A stretch of DNA of 64,000 bases from Chloroflexia bacterium (GTDB lineage Bacteria > Chloroflexota > Chloroflexia > QHBQ01 > JAICKM01): NCBI GenBank assembly GCA_035693165.1, contig DASSGZ010000499.1:617-64616 (forward strand). The letters are read 5' to 3'. Position numbers and translations under genes: made by a program. The notes under the pieces are model-generated. The model searched no databases and had not been told where the DNA came from. It saw only the letters and a program-made list of their open reading frames with translations. This document shows positions 54,682-64,000 of the stretch, one piece after another (position 1 is the first letter of the stretch; every line of letters starts with the position of its first letter).

Positions 54682-55704
54682 ATGAAAGGAACCCTGATCT
54701 ACGGCCCGCGCGATATTCGCTTCGAGGAGCGCCCCGACCCGACGATCCGCGAACCCACCGACGCCATCATCCGGATCGTGGCGGCCTGCGTCTGCGGGTC
54801 CGACCTGTGGCCATACCGTGGGATCGCGCCGATCACCCGGCCTACGCCGATGGGACACGAATACGCCGGCATCGTCGAGCAGGTCGGCAGCCAGGTCACG
54901 CAGATCCAGCCCGGCCAGTTCGTGGTCGGCTCGTTCTGGGCTTCAGACAACACCTGCCCCATCTGCCAGGCCGGCTACCAGAGCCGGTGCGTCCACGCCC
55001 AGCCCATTGGCGCCGAGGGCGCGCAGGCGGAGCGCCTGCGCGTGCCGCTGGCCGAGGGCACGCTGGTGGCAACCCCGGACCTCCCGCCCGCGGACCTGAT
55101 CCCCAGCCTGCTCGCCGCCTCGGACGTGCTGGGCACCGGCTGGTTCGGCGCCGTCGCCGCCGAGGCGGGACCCGGCAAGACCGTGGTGGTCGTGGGCGAC
55201 GGGGCGGTCGGCCTCTGCGCGGTGCTCGCGGCCCGGCAGTTGGGCGCCACGCGGATCATCGCCATGAGCCGTCACCCGGAGCGCCAGCAACTGGCGCGGG
55301 AGTTCGGCGCGACGGACATCGTCACCGAGCGCGGCGATGAGGGCGTGGCGCAGATCAAGGAACTCACCGGCGGGCTGGGCGCGCACTCAGTCGTTGAGGC
55401 GGTCGGCACCCAGGAGTCGATGATGCAAGCGATCCGCTCCACCCGGCCCGGCGGGTATGTCGGCTACGTCGGCGTCTTCCACGGCGAACAGTTGCCCAGC
55501 GACGAGCTGTTCTTCGCGGAGGTGCATCTGTTCGGCGGCCCGGCCCCGGTGCGCCGCTTCCTGCCCGAGCTGATCGACCTGATCTGGCAGCGCAAGATCG
55601 ACCCCGGCAAGGTCTTCGACCTGGAACTGCCGCTGGCGCAGGTCGCCGACGGCTACCGCGCCATGGACGAGCGCCGCGCGATCAAGACGCTGCTGTGGCC
55701 GTGA
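54682..55704 (+). CDS. Zinc-dependent alcohol dehydrogenase family oxidoreductase
   Basis: GHEYAG, a structural Zn Cys cluster (CPICQAGYQSRC) and the Rossmann motif VVGDGAVG. Confidence 0.88.
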   Translation: MKGTLIYGPRDIRFEERPDPTIREPTDAIIRIVAACVCGSDLWPYRGIAPITRPTPMGHEYAGIVEQVGSQVTQIQPGQFVVGSFWASDNTCPICQAGYQSRCVHAQPIGAEGAQAERLRVPLAEGTLVATPDLPPADLIPSLLAASDVLGTGWFGAVAAEAGPGKTVVVVGDGAVGLCAVLAARQLGATRIIAMSRHPERQQLAREFGATDIVTERGDEGVAQIKELTGGLGAHSVVEAVGTQESMMQAIRSTRPGGYVGYVGVFHGEQLPSDELFFAEVHLFGGPAPVRRFLPELIDLIWQRKIDPGKVFDLELPLAQVADGYRAMDERRAIKTLLWP

Positions 55705-55801
55705 GGTGCGGATACGCGCTGCCCAGCGGGGCGCAAGACGCGCTGCACGCGATCGCTGAGGCAGCTGATCCGCACGTCTCATCGCCATACGGAGAACAAC
55801 C

Positions 55802-57517
55802 ATGGCAACCATTCTGATCGACAAGAATGTCATGGTGGCCATGCGCGATGGAGTGCACCTGGCGACCGATGTATACCGGCTGGACGGCGCTGCACCCGCC
55901 CCCGCGCTTGTCACACGCACCCCCTATGACAAGGAGCACGCACTGGCGGGCAACAGCTTCGACATCCTGCGCGCCGTCCAGGCCGGTTATGTCGTGGTGA
56001 TCCAGGATGTCTGCGGGCGCTACGCTTCCGATGGCGCCTTTGAACCCATGCGTAATGAGGCCACCGACGGTTGTGACGCCTTTGCCTGGGTGGCCGCCCA
56101 GCCGTGGTCGGACGGTATGGTGGGCACCTTTGGCGGCTCCTACCTGGGCGCGACCCAGTGGCTACCGGCGCGGGAGCAACCGCCGGCCCTGCGCGCCATG
56201 GCGCCGGTGGTCACCTTCTCCGACATGTACGCAGGTTCCGCGTATCAGGGCGGCGCCAAGGTGCTGCACGATCTGCGCTGGGTGGTGGCCGACATTGTCC
56301 CCGGCGAGATCCGTCGCCGGGTAGCCCGTGGCGCGGTCGCGCCACCGAACGGGGGCCAGTTGGATGTCGACGCGGTCTTGAACTATCTGCCACTGGGCGA
56401 CGATCCGCTGATCCGCGACGCCGCCCCCTTTTACCAGGACTGGCTGGCGCACGCGACGGCGGACGAATACTGGCGCCCGCTGTCGCCCAATGCGGGCTAT
56501 GACAAAATCACGGTGCCGGCGCTCAACATCAGCGGCTGGTACGACATCTTTCTTTGGGATACTTTTCAGAACTTCAACGGCATGCGGGAGCGGGGCGGGG
56601 CGGAGCAGGCGCGGCGCTTTGCCCGCGTGATTATCGGCCCCTGGACCCACATGAACTTTACCGGTAGTTTCCCGGAGCGCGAGTTCGGCCCGGCGGCCGG
56701 CAGCGAGGCCATCGACCTGAGCGGCATCCAGCTCCGCTGGTTTGACCACTGGCTGAAGGGAGTGGCTAACGGCGTAGAGCAGGAGGCGCCGGTCACGATC
56801 TTTGTGATGGGCGTAGACCAATGGCGCGCCGAGTCCGCCTGGCCGCTGCCCGACACGCAGTATCGCCCCTACTATCTGCACAGCGCCGGAGCGGCCAACT
56901 CGCTCCACGGCGACGGCACGTTGTCGGGCGAGTCGCCCCATGACGAGTCGCCAGATGTGTACCTGTACAACCCGTTCCGCCCGGTTCCGACTGTGGGCGG
57001 CCAGGTCATCCTGCCGGGCGCCAACAGTATGGGCCCGCGCGATCAGCGCGCGGTCGAGGAGCGCGATGACGTGCTGGTGTACAGCACAGCGGTGCTGGAC
57101 CGGCCGGTGGAAGTAACCGGGCCGATTGAGCTGCGCCTGTTCGTGTCCTCCTCGGCGCGGGACACGGACTTTACGGGCAAGCTGGTCGATGTGTTTCCCG
57201 ACGGCCGGGCGCTGATCCTGACCGAAGGCATACTGCGGGCACGCTACCGCAACTCATTCACAGAGCCTGAGTTGCTTGAACCGGATAGGGTCTACGAGCT
57301 GCGGCTCGACCTGTGGGCCACGGCCAACGTGTTTCTGCCGGGCCACCGCATCCGGCTGGAGGTGTCGAGCAGCAACTTCCCCCGGTTCGCCCGCAACAGC
57401 AACACGGGCGGGGTGATGGCGGGCGAAGCCGCCGGTGAATACCGGCCGGCGATCAACCGCATCTTCCATGACGCGGCGCGCCCGTCGCGGCTGATCCTGC
57501 CGATCATTGAGCGTTGA
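55802..57517 (+). CDS. CocE/NonD-family hydrolase (S15 X-Pro dipeptidyl-peptidase-like)
   Basis: RTPYDK, nucleophile GGSYLG and a C-terminal jelly-roll with the IFHD motif. Confidence 0.88.
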   Translation: MATILIDKNVMVAMRDGVHLATDVYRLDGAAPAPALVTRTPYDKEHALAGNSFDILRAVQAGYVVVIQDVCGRYASDGAFEPMRNEATDGCDAFAWVAAQPWSDGMVGTFGGSYLGATQWLPAREQPPALRAMAPVVTFSDMYAGSAYQGGAKVLHDLRWVVADIVPGEIRRRVARGAVAPPNGGQLDVDAVLNYLPLGDDPLIRDAAPFYQDWLAHATADEYWRPLSPNAGYDKITVPALNISGWYDIFLWDTFQNFNGMRERGGAEQARRFARVIIGPWTHMNFTGSFPEREFGPAAGSEAIDLSGIQLRWFDHWLKGVANGVEQEAPVTIFVMGVDQWRAESAWPLPDTQYRPYYLHSAGAANSLHGDGTLSGESPHDESPDVYLYNPFRPVPTVGGQVILPGANSMGPRDQRAVEERDDVLVYSTAVLDRPVEVTGPIELRLFVSSSARDTDFTGKLVDVFPDGRALILTEGILRARYRNSFTEPELLEPDRVYELRLDLWATANVFLPGHRIRLEVSSSNFPRFARNSNTGGVMAGEAAGEYRPAINRIFHDAARPSRLILPIIER

Positions 57518-57600
57518 TGACAGCATCATGATTAATACGCCCGAGCATGAGGACCTCATGGATGGCTTGAACGCAGGTGCTGGGACGAGAGGAGGATTAC

Positions 57601-58584
57601 ATGGAATATACGAAGCTGGGCAACACCGGCCTGGATGTGTCGCGCATCTGCCTCGGTTGCATGGGGTTTGGGGACGCGACCCGCTGGATCCACAAATGGG
57701 TGCTGGACGAGGAAAACAGCCGGCCGGTCATCCAGCACGCCCTCGAATTGGGGATCAATTTCTTCGATACCGCCAACGTCTATTCCCTGGGGACAAGTGA
57801 GGAGATCCTGGGCCGCGCGTTGCGGGACTTCGCCAAGCGCGACGAGGTTGTCATCGCCACCAAGGTGCACGGCAGAATGCATGACGGCCCCAATGGCGCC
57901 GGGCTCTCGCGCAAGGCGATCCTGAGCGAGATCGACCACAGCCTGCGGCGGCTGGAGACGGATTACGTGGACCTCTACATCATTCATCGCTGGGATTACG
58001 ACACCCCCATCGAGGAGACGATGGAGGCGCTGCACGACGTGGTGCGGGAGGGCAAGGCGCGCTATATCGGGGCCTCGGCCATGTTCGCCTGGCAGTTTCA
58101 GAAAGCGCTCTATGTCGCGGAGCAGCATGGGTGGACGCGCTTCGTCTCCATGCAGAATCACCTGAACCTGATCTACCGCGAAGAGGAGCGCGAGATGTTG
58201 CCGCTGTGCCGGGCGGAGGGCATCGGAGTGACTCCATACAGCCCGCTCGCATCGGGCCGCTTAACGCGGGATTGGACAGCGGCCAGCACGCTGCGTGCCG
58301 AAACGGATCAAATCGCCAAAAGCAAGTACGACGCGACAGCCGCAACAGATCAACAGATCGTGGAACGGGTCGCCGAGATCGCGGAGAAACGCGGCGTGCC
58401 GCGCTTGCATATCGCGCTGGCCTGGCTGTTGCAGAAGCAGCCGGTGACGGCGCCGATCATCGGGGCCACGAAGGGCACCCATCTGGACGATGCCGCCGGC
58501 GCCCTGGCGATCAAACTGACAGAGGAAGAAGTCACCTACCTGGAAGAGCCGTATGTGCCGCATCGGATCGTCGGGCATCAGTAA
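57601..58584 (+). CDS. Aldo/keto reductase (AKR11/YhdN-like)
   Basis: SD AGGAGGA precedes ATG 57601. LGCMGFG, FFDTANVY and catalytic-tetrad context are present. Confidence 0.88.
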   Translation: MEYTKLGNTGLDVSRICLGCMGFGDATRWIHKWVLDEENSRPVIQHALELGINFFDTANVYSLGTSEEILGRALRDFAKRDEVVIATKVHGRMHDGPNGAGLSRKAILSEIDHSLRRLETDYVDLYIIHRWDYDTPIEETMEALHDVVREGKARYIGASAMFAWQFQKALYVAEQHGWTRFVSMQNHLNLIYREEEREMLPLCRAEGIGVTPYSPLASGRLTRDWTAASTLRAETDQIAKSKYDATAATDQQIVERVAEIAEKRGVPRLHIALAWLLQKQPVTAPIIGATKGTHLDDAAGALAIKLTEEEVTYLEEPYVPHRIVGHQ

Positions 58585-58619
58585 GTAAGCGGACAGCGAA
58601 AAGCGCAGGAGGGTACACG

Positions 58620-60296
58620 ATGAGTACGGTTAGCCCGGCCCGGCCAGGCGCTGCCGGTAGTCCCGCGCCCGGCGCTGCGATCTGGAGCCCGCTCCGCCGC
58701 CCCGTCTTTCGCTCGGTTTGGCGCGCCTGGGTCGTCGCCAGCACCGGCAACTGGATGCAGATCGCGGGCGCGGCCTGGCTGATGACCTCGCTCACGCCGT
58801 CGCCGCTACTGGTGGCGCTCATGCAGACGGCCACCAGCCTGCCGGTCTTCCTGGTCGGCCTGCCCGCCGGGGCGCTGGCCGACATCGTCGACCGGCGCAA
58901 GCTCTTGCTCGCCACGCAGACCTGGATTCTCCTTTGTGCCCTCACCCTGGGGTTGCTGACCCTGGCGGGACTGGTGTCGGCCTGGACGCTGCTGGCGTTC
59001 ACCTTCCTGATGGGGTTGGGGACCGCACTGACCGGCCCCGCCTGGCAGGCGATGCTCCCTGAGCTCGTCGAGCGCGACGAGCTACAGTCCGCGGTGGCGC
59101 TGAACGCCGGCGGGTTTCACGCCGCCCAGGCCGTGGGACCGGCCCTCGGCGGCCTCGTGGTAGCCGCTGCCGGGCCGGCCGCCGCGTTCCTGCTGAACGC
59201 GGCATCCTTGCTCGGCATGCTGCGGGCCATCTACCGCTGGCGGCCTAGCCGGGCTGCCGGTGATGCCCCGCCCGAAGACATGCTGGGAGCGGCGGTCGCG
59301 GGGATGCGCTATGTACGCGATGCCCCGGCTCTGCAGGCGGTCCTCGTGCGCATCGGCGTCTTCATCTTCGGCGCCAGCGCGCTCTGGTCCTTGCTGCCCG
59401 TTGTGGCGCGGCGCGAGTTGGGCCTGGACCCGACCGGGTATGGTATCGTGCTGGGCAGCCTCGGCTTCGGCGCCGTCTGCGGAGTGCTGCTCCTGCCGCG
59501 CCTAAGACGTGTGCTTTCGCTGGACAGCTTGACCGCGGCGGCCACGCTGGTGTTCGCGGGGGCCACGCTGGCCGCGGCTTACTTGCGCTTCGCACCGCTG
59601 GTGGTGCTGACGACAGCCGCGGGTGGGGCGGCCTGGCTGGCGGTGATGTCCTGCGTGGGCTTCGCCGCGCAACTGGCGGCCCCGGCTTGGGTGCGCGCGC
59701 GGGCCCTGGCCGTCTATCTGCTGGTATTCCAGGGCCTGCTGGGCACGGGCAGCTTCGTGTGGGGTGCACTGGCTCAGCAATTCGGCACGGCCACCGCTCT
59801 CACGATGGCCGCCCTGGCCCTGGGCGGCGGGGTGGCGGCGACCCGGCGCTGGCCGCTGCACCACGTGCAGCGCCTCGACCTGAATTACTCCATGCACTGG
59901 CCCCAGCCCAATGTGGTGATTACGCCGAACCTGGAGGACGGGCCGGTGCTCATAACGATCGAATACCGGGTTCCCGCCGAGCGGGCGGGCGAGTTTGCCG
60001 ACGTGATGGCGGCGATGCGCCGCTTCCGCCGCCGGGAAGGCGCCGTCCGCTGGGACCTGTTTCGCGACCTGGGCGATCCCGACCGCTATCTGGAGACCTT
60101 TGTGGTCCCCTCGTGGGGCGAGCACGTGCGCCAGCATGCCCGTGTCACCGCGGACGACCAGGCCCTCGAAGCCCGGCGCGACGCCTTACTACAGCCGGGC
60201 ATCGCGCCGGTCACCGCGCACCTCATCGCGGCCCACGCCTTCGACGGCCGGCCACCCACCGAGGCGCCCGGCGCGGAGCTAGCCGTCGATATTTAG
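58620..60296 (+). CDS. MFS transporter (MFS_3/EntS-like) with a C-terminal soluble extension of about 130 aa
   Basis: SD AGGAGGG precedes ATG 58620. A 12-TM MFS region is followed by a ferredoxin-like/ABM-like tail (ITIEYRVP...WDLFRD..DP.RYLETFVVPSWGEHVRQH). Confidence 0.8.
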   Translation: MSTVSPARPGAAGSPAPGAAIWSPLRRPVFRSVWRAWVVASTGNWMQIAGAAWLMTSLTPSPLLVALMQTATSLPVFLVGLPAGALADIVDRRKLLLATQTWILLCALTLGLLTLAGLVSAWTLLAFTFLMGLGTALTGPAWQAMLPELVERDELQSAVALNAGGFHAAQAVGPALGGLVVAAAGPAAAFLLNAASLLGMLRAIYRWRPSRAAGDAPPEDMLGAAVAGMRYVRDAPALQAVLVRIGVFIFGASALWSLLPVVARRELGLDPTGYGIVLGSLGFGAVCGVLLLPRLRRVLSLDSLTAAATLVFAGATLAAAYLRFAPLVVLTTAAGGAAWLAVMSCVGFAAQLAAPAWVRARALAVYLLVFQGLLGTGSFVWGALAQQFGTATALTMAALALGGGVAATRRWPLHHVQRLDLNYSMHWPQPNVVITPNLEDGPVLITIEYRVPAERAGEFADVMAAMRRFRRREGAVRWDLFRDLGDPDRYLETFVVPSWGEHVRQHARVTADDQALEARRDALLQPGIAPVTAHLIAAHAFDGRPPTEAPGAELAVDI

Positions 60297-60368
60297 TTGT
60301 GACCAGGGGGTTTGGAGAGTACGAATGCGCTGTTTTCGTAGCGCTCACAGCACAAAGGAGGCACGTCA

Positions 60369-61692
<1,324 letters not shown>

Positions 61693-61763
61693 AACCATTG
61701 CTTTCCCGGTTACACAAGCGAATCACAGTAACCTTAATCAGATGAGTTAAAGGAGATCCCACA

Positions 61764-62090
61764 ATGCCTGACGAGCCTACCGCCCGACGCAATCCGTACA
61801 GTGACATCGCCCCGGCCCTCGGCGACTACACCGATAACGTGCTGTTCGGCGATGTCTGGGAACGGCCCGGCCTGTCCAAGCGCGACCGGAGCCTGATCAC
61901 CGTGGCGACCCTCATCGCGGGCTACCGTACCAACGAGCTACCCCATCATCTGAAGCGCGCGCTCGACAATGGCGTCACCCGCGACGAACTGATCGAGGTG
62001 ATAACCCATCTCGCCTTTTATGCCGGTTGGCCGGTCGCGAATACGGCAGTGACCATCGCACGGCGCGTTTTTGAGGAGAATGGAGTTTAA
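61764..62090 (+). CDS. Carboxymuconolactone decarboxylase-family protein
   Basis: SD AAAGGAG. GDVWERPGLSKRDRSLITVA and LIEVITHLAFYAGWP are typical CMD motifs. Confidence 0.85.
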   Translation: MPDEPTARRNPYSDIAPALGDYTDNVLFGDVWERPGLSKRDRSLITVATLIAGYRTNELPHHLKRALDNGVTRDELIEVITHLAFYAGWPVANTAVTIARRVFEENGV

Positions 62091-62130
62091 TCCGGTAGGG
62101 ATGGTTGTTTGAATCGCAAGGAGCAATACC

Positions 62131-62523
62131 ATGAGCATAGTTTTCGAGCACGCGACAGACTTACCGGCGCAGCCAGGGAGCGCCGACAACTTCACGGGCG
62201 CCGTCCAGGTCCGCATGGTCGCACAGGGCCAGGGGCAGCCGGTGGGCGTCGGCCGGGTAACCTTCCAGCGCGGCTCGCGCACGCACTGGCATACACACGC
62301 CGGTGAGCAGACGCTCTACTTCCTGGAGGGTCACGGGCGGGTGCAAGTGCGCGGGGAACGCCCGGTGGATGCCGCCCCCGGCGACGTGGCCCGCATCCCG
62401 GCGCGCGCCGAGCACTGGCACGGCGCCCACCCGGACGAGCCGCAGGCGATGACGCACCTGGCGATCACCTTCGGCGCCCCCACCTGGCTGGAGCCGGTGA
62501 GCGACGAGGACTACCGCGGCTGA
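62131..62523 (+). CDS. Cupin-domain protein
   Basis: SD AAGGAG. Cupin motifs are G.R..WH.H..EQ.LY.LEG.G and P....HWHG. Confidence 0.8.
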   Translation: MSIVFEHATDLPAQPGSADNFTGAVQVRMVAQGQGQPVGVGRVTFQRGSRTHWHTHAGEQTLYFLEGHGRVQVRGERPVDAAPGDVARIPARAEHWHGAHPDEPQAMTHLAITFGAPTWLEPVSDEDYRG

Positions 62524-62616
62524 GCCGCGTCCGGCCCCGGCATGAGTATGGTGGGCCATGATCGGGTATTCCAGCGTTAGCTTGCGCGGCGGCGGCGCTG
62601 CCGGTACAATGTGGCT

Positions 62617-63705
62617 ATGGACACCGGCATTCCCCACCCCTTCGCGACCACCGAATCGCTCTCCGGCGAGCCGCAGCCCATTAGCGCGGCGCCGCCGCCC
62701 TACCCGTTCACGGCCATTGTCGGCCAGGATGAGTTGAAGACGGCCCTGCTGATCGCGGCGATCAATCCGCGCGTGGGCGGCGTGCTGATCCTGGGCCAGC
62801 GCGGCACCGGTAAATCGACGATTGTGCGCGCCCTGGCCGGGCTGTTGCCGCCGGTCACGGCGGTGGCCGGGTGCCGCTACGGCTGCGACCCCGCCGGACC
62901 GCTCTGCGACGAGTGCCGGGCCGACCCGGCGCGACCGGCCCGGCGCGCTTTGCGCCCGGTGCCCGTGGTCGATCTACCCCTGGGCGTGACCGCCGACCGG
63001 CTGACCGGCAGCCTGGACCTGGAGCAGGCGCTGGGCCAGGGCGTCCGCGCCTACGAACCGGGGTTGCTGGCCCGCGCCAATCGGGGGTTCCTTTATATCG
63101 ACGAGGTCAATTTGCTGGAAGATCACCTGGTCGATCTACTGCTGGACGTAGCCGCCAGCGGGGTCAACATCGTGGAGCGCGAGGGCCTGAGCGTGCGCCA
63201 CCCGGCGCGCTTCGTGCTGGCCGGGTCGGCTAACCCGGAGGAGGGCGAATTGCGCCCGCAGTTGCTGGATCGCTTCGGCCTGCTGGTGCGCGTGGAGACG
63301 ATCACCGACCTGGATCAGCGGGTGGAGATCGTGCGCCGCCGCGAAGCCTACGAGCGCGACCCCGGCGCCTTCGCCCGGCGCTACGCCCCCGCGCAACGGA
63401 CCCTGGCGCGCCAGGTCCGCGCCGCCCAGAAAGCCCTGGCCCGTGTCGCCTTCCCCGACTCGCTGCTGCGCGACACGGCGGCGCTCTGCCGCGACCTGGA
63501 CGTGGACGGCCACCGCGGCGAGATCACCATCGTGCGGGCGGCGAGCGCCCTGGCCGCGCTGGAGGGCCGGGCCACGGCCACCGCTGCCGGCGTGCGCCGG
63601 GTGGCCGTGCCTGCCCTGCGCCATCGCCTGCGGCGCGGGCCGCTCGACCCGCTCGACGGCGGCGAGCGCGTGGCCGAGGTGCTGGACCGCATCTTCCCCG
63701 CATGA
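62617..63705 (+). CDS. bchI: Magnesium chelatase ATPase subunit I
   Basis: FTAIVGQDELK, Walker A GQRGTGKST, Walker B LYIDEVNLL and the ChlI/BchI-specific Cys-rich insertion. The start is ATG 62617 or GTG 62611. Confidence 0.9.
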   Translation: MDTGIPHPFATTESLSGEPQPISAAPPPYPFTAIVGQDELKTALLIAAINPRVGGVLILGQRGTGKSTIVRALAGLLPPVTAVAGCRYGCDPAGPLCDECRADPARPARRALRPVPVVDLPLGVTADRLTGSLDLEQALGQGVRAYEPGLLARANRGFLYIDEVNLLEDHLVDLLLDVAASGVNIVEREGLSVRHPARFVLAGSANPEEGELRPQLLDRFGLLVRVETITDLDQRVEIVRRREAYERDPGAFARRYAPAQRTLARQVRAAQKALARVAFPDSLLRDTAALCRDLDVDGHRGEITIVRAASALAALEGRATATAAGVRRVAVPALRHRLRRGPLDPLDGGERVAEVLDRIFPA

Positions 63706-64000
63706 CGCCCGATCTGTCGCCCGCCACGGCTCTAGCGCTGCTCGCCCTCGACCCGGCGCTGGGCGGCGCGGTCTTCTGGGGCGCCGACGGCTGGGCGCTG
63801 GAACCCTGGGCTGCGGCGCTGGCCGCCTTGCGCGGGCCGGAAGCACGAGTGCTGCGGCTGCCGCTCGATGCCGGCCCCGCGCAGATCCTGGGCGGCCTCG
63901 ATCTCGCCGCCAGCCTGCGCACCGGGCGGCGCGTCCCCCGTCCTGGGCTGCTCGCCACGCATGACGGCGGCGTGCTCTGGCTGCCCGATCCCGATCTGCT
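63702..64000 (+). CDS. bchD: Magnesium chelatase subunit D, N-terminal part (continues beyond the window)
   Basis: The ATG overlaps the bchI stop (ATGA) and the frame stays open to the window end. I translated it by hand: MTPDLSPATALALLALDPALGG...LGGLDLAASLRTGRRV..PGLLATHDGGVLWLPD. This is the degenerate AAA+ N-domain of BchD. Confidence 0.8.
   Translation, partial: MTPDLSPATALALLALDPALGGAVFWGADGWALEPWAAALAALRGPEARVLRLPLDAGPAQILGGLDLAASLRTGRRVPRPGLLATHDGGVLWLPDPDL

Noticed and set aside
54127-54858. 243-aa ORF antisense to the MerR and ADH genes
   Set aside because: This is an Arg/Pro/Ala-rich shadow ORF that spans an intergenic gap. The sense genes have clear HTH and Zn-ADH motifs.

Overview
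The window is a high-GC, densely coding bacterial chromosome segment. About 60 genes have strong Shine-Dalgarno sites and frequent stop/start overlaps. I found no rRNA, tRNA or CRISPR. The gene content suggests a filamentous Chloroflexota-type organism, but this taxonomic call is inference only. Supporting content: an SLH-anchored surface protein, LGFP-like repeat glycosidases, F420-type enzymes, an ISKra4-like IS and bchI/bchD.

Core content, in order:
- pgk-tpiA.
- A Xer-like recombinase with substituted catalytic histidines.
- Thioesterase and aldehyde dehydrogenase.
- An AT-rich VanZ insert next to an IS701-type transposase remnant.
- A B12-binding-domain radical SAM protein.
- Two secreted GH5-like paralogs.
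- An HDAC / coiled-coil / MoxR operon.
- uvrB.
- clpS followed by a lower-GC two-gene islet.
- An 8.6 kb co-directional respiratory cluster: caa3-type ctaC-ctaD-ctaE-ctaG, a small membrane protein, a ctaA-ctaB fusion, a Rieske protein and a cytochrome b-c fusion.
- mutS2.
- An anti-sigma zinc-finger/LCP fusion.
- An intact IS with perfect 23-bp inverted repeats and an 8-bp target duplication.
- A MerR-headed oxidoreductase/efflux island.
- The start of the Mg-chelatase genes bchI-bchD.

The most unusual locus is at 39.3-42.2 kb. A near-consensus promoter with an embedded GAAC-N4-GTTC SOS box sits upstream of lexA. lexA is followed by a second S24 autopeptidase with no recognisable DNA-binding domain. 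That is followed by a soluble FtsK motor-domain paralog whose Walker-B glutamate is replaced by glycine.

All calls come from reading the sequence and ORF translations. No database search was run.
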